A DNA stretch of 64,000 nucleotides. Origin: Planctomycetota bacterium (GTDB taxonomy: Bacteria; Planctomycetota; UBA1135; UBA2386). The translations under genes were made by a program, and so were the position numbers. The stretch lies in contig JANQJF010000004.1 of NCBI GenBank assembly GCA_028281765.1, positions 26,384 to 90,383 of the forward strand. Direction: 5' to 3'. Of the stretch, positions 36,005 to 44,855 are shown in pieces (position 1 is the first letter of the stretch; every line of letters begins with the position of its first letter). The notes under the pieces were generated by a model, which searched no databases, was not told where the DNA came from, and saw only the letters and a program-made list of their open reading frames with translations.

Positions 36005-38161
36005 CTAACCGGGCAACAACTCCCGCTCGATGATCTTCCAGCGCAGCTGCTGCAGGTGCCGCCGCTGCTGCGGGCTCCCGACCCCGTGCCGACTGTCCGG
36101 ATAGAGCATCATCTCGAAGTCCTTGCCGAACCTCTGCAGCTCGCCCGCGAAGCGGATCGTGTTCTGCAGGTGGACGTTGTCGTCCATCGTGCCGTGCACG
36201 AGCACGAGGTAGCCATGGAGGTCCTTCGCCGCGGCCAGGCAGGACGACTTCGCGTAGCCCTTCGGGTTGCTCTGCGGCGTGTCCATGTAGCGCTCCGTGT
36301 AGATCGTGTCGTACAGCTGCCAGTCGTAGACACCGGCGCCCGCGATGCCGACGCGGAAGAGCTTGCTGTGCGTGAGCGCGTACGCGGTCATCGTGCCGCC
36401 GTAGCTCCAGCCGGTCAGCCCGACGCGCTTCTCGTCGGCCCAAGAGTTCGCAGTGAGCCACTTCACCGTGTCCTCGAGGTCGCGGAGCTCCTGCACGCAG
36501 AACTGCTTGTGGCACAGCCCCACCACCTTCTGGCCGGCAGCACTGGCCGTGCGCACGTTGACCTGCAGGACGATCACTCCCTGGTGCGCGAGGAACTGAT
36601 GCCAGCTCGTGACGCGCCAGCCGTTGCGAACCGACGGGGCCGCCGGCCCCGAGTACGTCTCGATCCACACCGGATACGACTTCGACTCGTCGAACCCGGC
36701 GGGCTTGATGACCGTCGCGTCGAGCGGGAAGCCGTCGCGCGCTTCGACCACGTGCAGCTCCTTCGGGCAGTACTCGTAGTCCGACTGGAGCGGAGTCGAG
36801 GGCAGCGTGCGGATGATGTCACCCTCACCATCGCACACCCGCACCTCCGGCGGAGTGGTCACGCTCGAGAACGTGTCGGTGAACATGCTGCCGTCGAAGT
36901 TCAGCGAGACGCGGTGCGTGCCCCGCCCGTGCGTCAGCTGCTTCTGGCCCTCCCCGCCCAGACCGACGCGGAACGCGTGCTGGTCGCACGGAAAGTCCGG
37001 ACTCGCGGAGAACCAGACCTTCCGACGCGCCTCGTCGAGCTTGAGGATACGGCGCACCGGGAAGTCGCCCTTCGTGACCTGCGACAGGAGCTTGCCGTCT
37101 TCGTCGTAGTGGTAGAGATGCTTGTAGCCCGTGCGCTCACTCCACCAGAGGAACGTGCGGTCGCCGAGCCAGCGCGGCGGCTCGAGCACGTTCACCCAGG
37201 TCGGTGACTCCTCGCGAATCAGCGTCTTGGCGACTCCCGTAACCGGATTCGCGTAGCCGAGCTCGAGCCAAGTCTGCACGCGATTCTGCACCTGGTAGAC
37301 GACGTTGTGCCCGTCCGGCGTCCAGTCGATGCTTACGACGAGCATGTCCTTCGGGTAGCGGCTGAGGTCGACCGTGACGACCTCGCGCTTCACGACATCC
37401 GCGACGGAGAGCGACACGAACGGATTCGGATCCCCCGCCTTCGGGTAGTTCGTGATCTCGGCGGTCACCCCGCGCTCCTTGTCGAGCTGGCGGTGCGGGA
37501 CGTGATCGATCACGGTGAACTCCTTCACCGGCGACTCGTCGAGCGACAGGAACGCGACGTGGCGACCGGTCGGACTCCACCAGTGGGCCTGGAAGTCGCC
37601 GCGCCCGTAGATCTCCTCCTGGTAGACCCAGTCCAGCACGCCGTGGAAGCGCTCGGGTCCGCCATCTGCCGTGACCGTCCACTCCTCGTCTTGCGCTAGG
37701 TCCCGCACGACGAGGTTGTTGTCGCGCACGTACGACGCGTAGCGCTGGTTTGGGCTCAGATGCGCCTCGCGCTTGCGAGCCGGATCCTTCGTGATCGGCC
37801 GCGCGTCCTTGCCCGGCTCGCGAAGCATCACCTGACCCGATCGTCGCCCGATCGACAGGCGGGGCTTGGTCCGGTCGGGGACCCGCGCGGACGACGCGGC
37901 ATCCTCCGGCTTGCCGGGCGACACCTTCCAGGTGCGCGGATCCCGCACGACCGCGGCGATCTTCTTCTTCTTGAGGCTCGGCTCGGAGACCCGGAGCAGC
38001 TTGTCGTTCGCCACCCAAGACACCCGCGGAGACTGCACGGAGAAGCTGGCGCGACGCTTCTCGTAGTCCTCGACGGTAATGCGCTTCTTGGCGGGCTCTT
38101 GGGCGAGGACCGACGCCGCGAGGAGCGCAGCGACGGACAGGGGCGTGAGGATTCGGTTCAT
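36005..38161 (-). CDS. Secreted dipeptidyl-peptidase IV-like (S9B) serine peptidase
   Basis: Signal peptide MNRILTPLSVAALLAASVLAQ. DPP4 N-terminal propeller region. Catalytic motifs GWSYGG, HGTMDDNVH, SRHG. Confidence 0.85.
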   Translation of the reverse strand: MNRILTPLSVAALLAASVLAQEPAKKRITVEDYEKRRASFSVQSPRVSWVANDKLLRVSEPSLKKKKIAAVVRDPRTWKVSPGKPEDAASSARVPDRTKPRLSIGRRSGQVMLREPGKDARPITKDPARKREAHLSPNQRYASYVRDNNLVVRDLAQDEEWTVTADGGPERFHGVLDWVYQEEIYGRGDFQAHWWSPTGRHVAFLSLDESPVKEFTVIDHVPHRQLDKERGVTAEITNYPKAGDPNPFVSLSVADVVKREVVTVDLSRYPKDMLVVSIDWTPDGHNVVYQVQNRVQTWLELGYANPVTGVAKTLIREESPTWVNVLEPPRWLGDRTFLWWSERTGYKHLYHYDEDGKLLSQVTKGDFPVRRILKLDEARRKVWFSASPDFPCDQHAFRVGLGGEGQKQLTHGRGTHRVSLNFDGSMFTDTFSSVTTPPEVRVCDGEGDIIRTLPSTPLQSDYEYCPKELHVVEARDGFPLDATVIKPAGFDESKSYPVWIETYSGPAAPSVRNGWRVTSWHQFLAHQGVIVLQVNVRTASAAGQKVVGLCHKQFCVQELRDLEDTVKWLTANSWADEKRVGLTGWSYGGTMTAYALTHSKLFRVGIAGAGVYDWQLYDTIYTERYMDTPQSNPKGYAKSSCLAAAKDLHGYLVLVHGTMDDNVHLQNTIRFAGELQRFGKDFEMMLYPDSRHGVGSPQQRRHLQQLRWKIIERELLPG

Positions 38162-38253
38162 GGCGGTCGGATTCGCGAGTCCGGTCTCCGCCGATCTTAG
38201 CCGGATCTTTCGCCGACGGTGGACGCCGATCGGACTCGCGGAGTGCCGATAGA

Positions 38254-38997
38254 ATGACTACTCTCGCCACGGAATCCGTCGTAGGACCAAGCACGATGAT
38301 CAACACGAACCCCTCCTACTCGCTCGACGGCCAGATCCCGGCCGCCGAGGCCGCTGTCGACGAACGCGCCGCCTTCCTCAAGCGCACCTACGCCTGGCTC
38401 GGCGCCGGCGTGCTCTTCTGGTGCTTCACCATGTGGGGTGTGCAGCACGTCCCGGCGATCGCCGAAATGAGCCTGTGGCTGCGCAACAACTACATCGTCA
38501 CGATCGTCCTGCTCATGGGCGGCGGCTTCGTGGTCCGCATGCTGTCGACGAAGGCGCTGATCGGTCCGGTCAGCTACCTGCTGTACGCGTTCTTCTTCGG
38601 CCTCCTGATCGGTCCGCTCGTTGCGTACGCGGAGCTCGCGGGTCACGCGGACGTCGTGAGCATGGCGTCGCTGACGACGGGCACGGTGTTCATCGGCCTG
38701 ACCGCCTACGTCTTCATCAGCGGCAAGGACTTCTCGTGGATGGGCGGCGCCCTGGCGATCGGCCTGTTCGCTCTGATCGCCGTCGCGCTGTGCGGCTGGC
38801 TGTTCGGATTCAGCATCGGCGTCTGGTTCGCGATCGCCGCCGCCGTGCTCTATTCGGGGTATATCCTCTACGACACGAGCCAGATCCTGCACCACATGCC
38901 GACGAACATGCACATCGCCGCGGCGGCGAACTTGTTCGTCAACATCGTGCTGCTGTTCTACTACATCCTGATGATCTTCCTGTCGCGCGACGAGTAG
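38254..38997 (+). CDS. Bax inhibitor-1/YccA family membrane protein
   Basis: Seven hydrophobic segments. Motifs FLKRTYAWLG, YLLYAFFFGLLIGP, ILYDTSQI..., LFVNIVLLFYYILMIF. An alternative start is ATG 38296. Confidence 0.85.
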   Translation: MTTLATESVVGPSTMINTNPSYSLDGQIPAAEAAVDERAAFLKRTYAWLGAGVLFWCFTMWGVQHVPAIAEMSLWLRNNYIVTIVLLMGGGFVVRMLSTKALIGPVSYLLYAFFFGLLIGPLVAYAELAGHADVVSMASLTTGTVFIGLTAYVFISGKDFSWMGGALAIGLFALIAVALCGWLFGFSIGVWFAIAAAVLYSGYILYDTSQILHHMPTNMHIAAAANLFVNIVLLFYYILMIFLSRDE

Positions 38998-39030
38998 CGC
39001 GCGGGGGGCGCGGCGGGTGCGGGTCGCGAC

Positions 39031-39153
39031 GGGCTCGGATCCCGACGGGCCCGGGCGGGCCCGGGCCGAGGCGAGGGCCTTGGATCAGGGTCGCACGCGG
39101 GCTCGCACCAAGAACGAGCCCGAACCCGCCCGGGCCCGTCGGGATCCGCGCCC
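39031..39153. repeat. Large GC-rich palindrome (23-bp perfect arms ggatcccgacgggcccgggcggg / cccgcccgggcccgtcgggatcc, plus flanking partial pairing and an inner hairpin)
   Basis: Left arm 39037-39059 and right arm 39125-39147, with an inner gggctcg..cgagccc hairpin. Located between the BI-1 gene stop and the argR promoter. Confidence 0.85.
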
Positions 39154-39231
39154 GTCGTGATCCGGGCCCGCCCCCACTCCCCACCCCCGACCAAACCCGC
39201 AGGACAGCCGAACAATCCCCTCCCCCCAGAC

Positions 39232-39288
39232 TTGACGCCACGCCGATGATTGCATATTCATTCACTCTTCTGCATATTATCCATGCCC
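39232..39288 (+). promoter_or_regulatory. Candidate argR promoter (TTGACG -35) overlapped by two ARG-box-like repeats
   Basis: TTGACG at 39232-39237. Then TGCATATTCATTCA (39251-39264; its reverse complement TGAATGAATATGCA matches TGAATwwwwATTCA at most positions) and TGCATATTATCCA (39271-39283), 20 bp apart. This is the only AT-rich patch in the region and ends at the argR ATG. Confidence 0.5.
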
Positions 39289-39729
39289 TCTCGAGACGCC
39301 CAAAACCGCCGCCGCTGCATCCTCGCCCTCCTCGGGCAGCACGAGGTGCGCAATCAGGCCGAGCTCGCCGAGCTCCTGGCGGACGAGGGGATCGAGGCGA
39401 CCCAGGCGACGCTCTCCCGGGACCTGCGTGAGCTCGGAGTCGCGAAGGGGCCCGACGGCTACACGACCAACCCGACACCCACGACCGAGTCGGGCCTCGC
39501 GGGTGCGGTCGACCAGTGGCTGCTCGGGGCCACGCCCGCGATGAACCAGGTCGTGCTGCAGACGCCTCCCGGCGGCGCGCAGCCGCTCGGGCTCGCGCTC
39601 GACCGCGCGCGGCTCCCGTCGATCGTCGGCACGGTCGCCGGCGACGACACGGTGCTCGTGATCTGCAAGACGCCGCGAGCGGCATCCAAACTCGCGGACG
39701 AACTCCTGACCAACGAGGTGGCGTCGTGA
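39283..39729 (+). CDS. argR: Arginine repressor
   Basis: N-terminal winged helix (RRRCILALLGQHEVRNQAELAELLADEGIEATQATLSRDLRELG) and C-terminal GTVAGDDTVLV motif. Start ATG 39283 is preferred over 39250, which would lie inside the putative promoter. Confidence 0.85.
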   Translation: MPSRDAQNRRRCILALLGQHEVRNQAELAELLADEGIEATQATLSRDLRELGVAKGPDGYTTNPTPTTESGLAGAVDQWLLGATPAMNQVVLQTPPGGAQPLGLALDRARLPSIVGTVAGDDTVLVICKTPRAASKLADELLTNEVAS

Positions 39730-40712
39730 CCCGGCGAATCGCGATTCTCGGAGCATCTGGCTACGCCGGCCGCGAAGTCGCGCGGCTCGTGGCCGGGCAC
39801 CCCGAACTCCATACCGAGTTCGCCATGTCCGCGCGGCCGGGCGTGACTCCGGCCGAGCCGGAACTTCCCCACGACCCTGCGATCCTGCCGCTCGACCTCG
39901 ACCGACTCTCTCAGGTCGAGGGCGTGTTCGTCTGCGCCCCCCACGGCGCGGCGGCGGGCCTCGTGCACGCCGCGCTCGAGGCCGGGACGAAGGTCGTGGA
40001 CCTGTCTGCCGACTTTCGACTCACCGACCCGGCGGTCTACGCGAAGACCTACGGACTCGAGCACCCGCACCCGGAGCTCCTGCCGGAAGCCGTCTACGGC
40101 CTGACCGAGCACGCGCGTGACGACGTGTCGAATGCCCGACTCGTGGCCAACCCCGGCTGCTACCCGACGTCGATCAGCTTGCCGCTCGTGCCTCTGCTGC
40201 AGGCCGGCCTGATCGACATCGACGGTGGCATCGTCGCGGACTGCAAGAGCGGGACGTCGGGCGCCGGAGCTTCTCCGCAGGCGCGCACCCACTTCGGCAA
40301 CGTGCACGACAACTTCCTCGCGTACGGCGTCGGCGACCACCGGCACACGCCGGAGATCCACGCGCACTGTGGCACGTCGAACATCATCTTCGTGCCCCAC
40401 CTGCTGCCGGTGTTCCGCGGCATCCTCGCGACGCTCTACGTGCGTCCCCAGGAAGGCGTGACGTGCGCGGACGTCCTCGCCTGCCTCGACGAAGCGTACG
40501 CCGCCGAGCCGTTCGTGCGCCTCTACGCGCGCGGGCTGCCGGAACTGGACCGCGTCGCGCGCACGAACTTCTGTGACATCGCCGCGCGCTCCGCGGGTGA
40601 CCGCATCGTCCTCGTCGCGGCGATCGACAACCTCGTGAAGGGCGCCGCCGGACAGGCGGTGCAAAACATGAACCTGATGCTCGGACTCGCAGAGGAGGCG
40701 GGACTCCGGTGA
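39726..40712 (+). CDS. argC: N-acetyl-gamma-glutamyl-phosphate reductase
   Basis: The GTG start overlaps the argR stop (GTGA). Motifs IAILGASGYAG and active-site ANPGCYPTS. Confidence 0.9.
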   Translation: MTRRIAILGASGYAGREVARLVAGHPELHTEFAMSARPGVTPAEPELPHDPAILPLDLDRLSQVEGVFVCAPHGAAAGLVHAALEAGTKVVDLSADFRLTDPAVYAKTYGLEHPHPELLPEAVYGLTEHARDDVSNARLVANPGCYPTSISLPLVPLLQAGLIDIDGGIVADCKSGTSGAGASPQARTHFGNVHDNFLAYGVGDHRHTPEIHAHCGTSNIIFVPHLLPVFRGILATLYVRPQEGVTCADVLACLDEAYAAEPFVRLYARGLPELDRVARTNFCDIAARSAGDRIVLVAAIDNLVKGAAGQAVQNMNLMLGLAEEAGLR

Positions 40713-41518
40713 AGATCGTCGTCAAGATCAGTGGGGCCCAGCTCGTCGACCCGAGCGCCCGGGCCGAGTTCGCCGCCGCCGTAGCGCATGCCACGGCCGC
40801 CGGACATTCGATCGTCGTCGTGCACGGTGGCGGGGAGCAGATCGGCGCGTTGACCGACCGCCTCGGCCTCGGCGCACCCCAGCGAGTCCGCGGCCTGCGC
40901 GTCACTGACGAGGAAACGGCGAACGCCGCGCTGATGGTCCTCGGTGGCAGCGTCAACCGCCGGCTCGTCGCCGCGATCCAGCAGGCCGGCACGAACGCGA
41001 TCGGCCTGACCGGCGCGGACGGCGGCCTGTTCGCGGCACGGCCGGTGCCCGAACTGGGCTTCGTCGGCACCGTCGACCACGTCGACCCGACGATGCTGCG
41101 CACGCTGACCGCAGTGCAACTGGTTCCCGTCATCGCCTCGGTGGCACCACCGTCGCGCGCCCACAAGGCGGACGCCGACACGTTCTACAACGTGAACGCG
41201 GATCACGTCGTGGCCCCGCTCGCCTACGCGTTCGGTGCGGACGCCGTGCTGTTCTTGACCCAGGCCGGCGGCGTGCTCGACGGCAACGGCGACACCATGC
41301 CGCGCCTCACGCCGAGCGCAGCCGCGCTCCAGGTGCAGCGCGGCGTGATCGCGCAGGGCATGATCCCGAAGGTCGAAGCCGCGGTCGAAACGGCGATCCG
41401 CTGCTCGGGGGCGGACGTCCGCATCGTTCCGGCAGCAGGCAAGAACGCGATCCTCGACGGCCTCGTCGAAGGCACCGGGACGGTCGTCGCGACCGCAGAG
41501 ACGGTCCGGCATGGATGA
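40709..41518 (+). CDS. argB: Acetylglutamate kinase
   Basis: Motifs VVKISG, VVVHGGG, NVNADHVV. The start overlaps the argC stop. Confidence 0.9.
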   Translation: MKIVVKISGAQLVDPSARAEFAAAVAHATAAGHSIVVVHGGGEQIGALTDRLGLGAPQRVRGLRVTDEETANAALMVLGGSVNRRLVAAIQQAGTNAIGLTGADGGLFAARPVPELGFVGTVDHVDPTMLRTLTAVQLVPVIASVAPPSRAHKADADTFYNVNADHVVAPLAYAFGADAVLFLTQAGGVLDGNGDTMPRLTPSAAALQVQRGVIAQGMIPKVEAAVETAIRCSGADVRIVPAAGKNAILDGLVEGTGTVVATAETVRHG

Positions 41519-42671
41519 GCACGTCATCGGCACCTACGTGCGCGCCGAGCCTCGGTTCGTGCAAGGCCAGGGCGCAGAGCTCGTCGACGAGCACGGGGAC
41601 AGCTACCTCGATCTCCTCGGCGGGATCGCGGTCAACGCTCTCGGCCATGGTCACCCGGGTCTGTCCGCCGCATTGCACGACCAGCTCGACCGGGTCGTGC
41701 ACGTGTCGAACCTGTTCCGCCACGAGCTGACCGAGACGGTCGCGACGCAGATCGCGCACGCGACGGGTCTCCACTCGGTGTTCTTCACGAACAGTGGCAC
41801 CGAGTCCGTCGAAGCGGCACTCAAAGTCGCGCGCAAGCACCATCACGAAGCCGGCGGACGCCACGGAATCGTCGCTCTGCACAGCGGTTTCCACGGACGC
41901 ACGATGGGCGCGCTCTCGGTCACGAGTCACGAACCCTACCGCGCGCCGTTCGCGCCGCTGGTGCCCGGAGTCTCGTTCGTCACTCCTGGCGATACCGAAG
42001 CGCTGACCCGCGCGTTCGAAGCGGGACCGCCGCCCGCGGCCATGATCGTCGAGCCCATTCAGGGCGAGGGCGGCATCGTCGAACTCCCCCACGCGTTCTT
42101 GCAGCAGGTTCGCGCACTCTGCGACGAGACCGGGACCGTGCTGATCCACGACGAAGTGCAGTGCGGCACCGGGCGCACAGGGACGTTCCTCGCCGGCGAC
42201 CACGCCGGCATCAAGCCGGACGTCGTCACGCTCGCGAAGCCCCTCGGCGCCGGTCTCCCCATGGGCGCGATCGTCGTGCGCGAGGAGCTCGCGCGGACGC
42301 TCGTGCCGGGCGACCACGGCTCGACGTTCGCGGGTGGTGCTCTGGCGTGCCGCGCCGCGCACGTGCTCCTGACCGAGCTCGAGAACGGCCTGCTCGAGAC
42401 GGTGCGCGCGCGGGGTGAGCAGCTCCGGCACGGACTCCTCCAGCTGCAGCAGCACCACGCAATCGTGACCGAAGTCCGCGGCCGCGGGCTCATGCTCGGG
42501 ATCCGCCTCGAACGAAACGCCCCGACGCTGCAGCGCGCGCTCTTCGAGCGTCGCGTCATCACGAACTGCACGGCCGGCGACGTCGTGCGCTTCCTGCCCC
42601 CGTACGTCATCTCCGCCGCGCAGATCGAGCAAGCGCTCGACGTGATTGCCGGCTGTCTCGCAGATCTGTGA
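41511..42671 (+). CDS. argD: Acetylornithine aminotransferase (class III)
   Basis: Motifs FFTNSGTESVEAALKVARK, DEVQCGTGRTG, TLAKPLGAGLP (PLP Lys). Overlaps argB by 8 nt. Confidence 0.9.
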   Translation: MDEHVIGTYVRAEPRFVQGQGAELVDEHGDSYLDLLGGIAVNALGHGHPGLSAALHDQLDRVVHVSNLFRHELTETVATQIAHATGLHSVFFTNSGTESVEAALKVARKHHHEAGGRHGIVALHSGFHGRTMGALSVTSHEPYRAPFAPLVPGVSFVTPGDTEALTRAFEAGPPPAAMIVEPIQGEGGIVELPHAFLQQVRALCDETGTVLIHDEVQCGTGRTGTFLAGDHAGIKPDVVTLAKPLGAGLPMGAIVVREELARTLVPGDHGSTFAGGALACRAAHVLLTELENGLLETVRARGEQLRHGLLQLQQHHAIVTEVRGRGLMLGIRLERNAPTLQRALFERRVITNCTAGDVVRFLPPYVISAAQIEQALDVIAGCLADL

Positions 42672-42678
42672 GCGAACC

Positions 42679-43623
42679 ATGTCCACGACGACCTTCGAAA
42701 CTCTCCCTCACAAGGACCTCGTCTCCGTCGCCAATCTGACCGGCGCAGAGATCCAGTCCGTGTTCGCGACCGCCGCGGAGCTCAAGGCCAACCGCGACGA
42801 GCACAACGACGTCCTGCGCAACAAGCGCCTGGCGATGATCTTCGAGAAGGACAGCCTACGCACGCGCTTCACGTTCGACGTCGGCATCGCGGATCTAGGC
42901 GGCATGGCCGTGTTCATGGATCACCGCGACGCGAAAATCGGCTCTCGCGAATCGATCAAAGACGTCGCGCGCAACCTCGAGCGCTGGGTCGACGCCATCG
43001 TCGCGCGGACGTTCAAGCACCGCGTCGTCACGGAGCTCGCGAAGCACTGCTCGATCCCCGTCATCAACGGACTGTCGGACAGCCTGCATCCATGCCAGGC
43101 GCTCAGCGACTTCTTCACGCTGACCGAGAAGTGGGGCTCCGTCCGCGGCAAGCGCGTCTGCTACGTCGGCGACGGCAACAACACGTGCCATTCCCTGATC
43201 AACACGGCCGTGAAGCTCGGGGCACACATCACGATCTGCACCCCCGAGGGCTACGAGCCGAATGCCAAGGTCGTCAACGAGGCGATGATCGCAGCGCGCG
43301 ACACCGGCGCGGAAGTCCGCATCATGGAGGATCCCCGCGAGGCCGTCGAAGGCGCCGACGCGATCTACACCGACGTCTGGGCCAGCATGGGCCAGGAGGA
43401 CGAGGTCGAGGAGCGCGCCGGCATCTTCCACGACTATCAAGTCGACGAAGGCCTCATGGAGCTCGCGGATCCGTCCGCGCTCTTCATGCACTGCCTGCCC
43501 GCGCACCGGGGACACGAGGTCACGGCAGGAGTCATGGACGGCCCGCAGTCGGTCGTCTACGACATCGCGGAGAACAGGCTGCACGTGCAGAAGGCCGTGC
43601 TCGTCATGCTGATGGCGAAGTAG
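42679..43623 (+). CDS. argF: Ornithine carbamoyltransferase
   Basis: Motifs FEKDSLRTR, HPCQALSD, DVWASMG, HCLPAHRG. Start trimmed to ATG 42679. Confidence 0.9.
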   Translation: MSTTTFETLPHKDLVSVANLTGAEIQSVFATAAELKANRDEHNDVLRNKRLAMIFEKDSLRTRFTFDVGIADLGGMAVFMDHRDAKIGSRESIKDVARNLERWVDAIVARTFKHRVVTELAKHCSIPVINGLSDSLHPCQALSDFFTLTEKWGSVRGKRVCYVGDGNNTCHSLINTAVKLGAHITICTPEGYEPNAKVVNEAMIAARDTGAEVRIMEDPREAVEGADAIYTDVWASMGQEDEVEERAGIFHDYQVDEGLMELADPSALFMHCLPAHRGHEVTAGVMDGPQSVVYDIAENRLHVQKAVLVMLMAK

Positions 43624-43649
43624 CCGAGATAGCGCAGCTGGAGACACTC

Positions 43650-44855
43650 ATGGCAGACAAAGTCGTACTCGCGTATTCGGGCGGCCTCGACACCTCGATC
43701 ATCATCCCCTGGCTGCGCGAGGAGCGCGGCCTCGAAGTCCACTGCTGCGCCGGCGACGTCGGTCAAGGCGAGGGCGAACTCGACGGACTCGAGGAGAAGG
43801 CCCTCGCTTCGGGCGCGGCCTCGTGCAAAGTCGCGGACCTCCGCGAGCCGTTCCTCACCGATTACGTGTGGCCGTGCCTGCGCGCGATGACGGTGTACGA
43901 GGGCCGCTACCTGCTCGGCACGAGCATGGCGCGCCCGGTTCTCGCCAAGGCCCAGGTGGAGTACGCCCGCGAGGTCGGTGCGAAGTACGTCTCGCACGGC
44001 TGCACCGGTAAGGGCAACGACCAGGTGCGCTTCGAACTCGGCTACCAGGCCCTCGCGCCAGACCTGCAGGTCATCGCGCCGTGGCGCTACTGGGACATCG
44101 AGAGCCGCGAGGACGCGCTCGACTACGCCGCCAAGTTCGAGATCCCGGTGACGGCGAGTCGGACGAAGATCTACTCGCGCGACCGCAACCTCTGGCACAT
44201 CAGCCACGAGGGCGGCGACCTCGAGGATCCGGGCAAAGCACCCCCCTCCGACGTGTGGATGCTCACCACCGATCCGAAGGAGGCTCCGGACACGCCTCGG
44301 ACCGTTCGAGTCACCTACGAGCACGGCGTCCCGGTCGGCGTCGACGGCGCGGAGCTCGACCCCGTCGCGCTCGTCGAGACACTGAACACCATTGGCGGTG
44401 AACACGGTGTCGGCCGCGACGACATCTGTGAGAACCGGCTCGTCGGCATGAAGTCGCGCGGCGTCTACGAGACTCCGGGCGGCACGATCCTGCTCGAGGG
44501 ATTGCGCACGCTCCGCAGCCTCACGATCGAACGCGATACGTTCCGAATGGCCGAGAAGCTGATGCTCGACTACACGGACCTCGTCTACACCGGCCGCTGG
44601 TTCCACCCGATGCGGCGCGCGCTCGACGCGTTCTTCGAGGATGTCGCGAAGCCGGTCACGGGTGATGTCGAGATCGAGCTGTTCAAGGGCCACGCGACCG
44701 CCAGGGCCGCGACGAGCCCGAACTCGCTCTACTCGGAGGACCTCGCGACGTTCGGCGCGAGCGCGCAGTTCTCCCACGCCGACAGCGAAGGCTTCGTACG
44801 GCTCTACGGCCTGCCCGGCCTGGTCGCGTCCCAACGCGACGGGAGCACGTCATGA
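43650..44855 (+). CDS. argG: Argininosuccinate synthase
   Basis: Motifs VVLAYSGGLDTS, GCTGKGNDQVRFE, NRLVGMKSRGVYETPGGT. Start ATG 43650 within the listed 43092..44855 ORF. Confidence 0.95.
   Translation: MADKVVLAYSGGLDTSIIIPWLREERGLEVHCCAGDVGQGEGELDGLEEKALASGAASCKVADLREPFLTDYVWPCLRAMTVYEGRYLLGTSMARPVLAKAQVEYAREVGAKYVSHGCTGKGNDQVRFELGYQALAPDLQVIAPWRYWDIESREDALDYAAKFEIPVTASRTKIYSRDRNLWHISHEGGDLEDPGKAPPSDVWMLTTDPKEAPDTPRTVRVTYEHGVPVGVDGAELDPVALVETLNTIGGEHGVGRDDICENRLVGMKSRGVYETPGGTILLEGLRTLRSLTIERDTFRMAEKLMLDYTDLVYTGRWFHPMRRALDAFFEDVAKPVTGDVEIELFKGHATARAATSPNSLYSEDLATFGASAQFSHADSEGFVRLYGLPGLVASQRDGSTS

Noticed and set aside
33697-36033. A 778-aa plus-strand ORF. Similar long ORFs occur at 27242..29533(-), 50665..52158(-), 54710..56401(+), 56734..58431(+), 58846..60177(+), 60286..61299(+) and 61330..62580(+).
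   Set aside because: Each is the antisense or off-frame shadow of a gene with strong family signatures (S9 peptidase, Moco subunit, argJ/DUF1080, HEAT, radical SAM, M28, repeat protein). All have the Arg/Gly/Pro/Asp-heavy composition expected from non-coding frames at this GC content.
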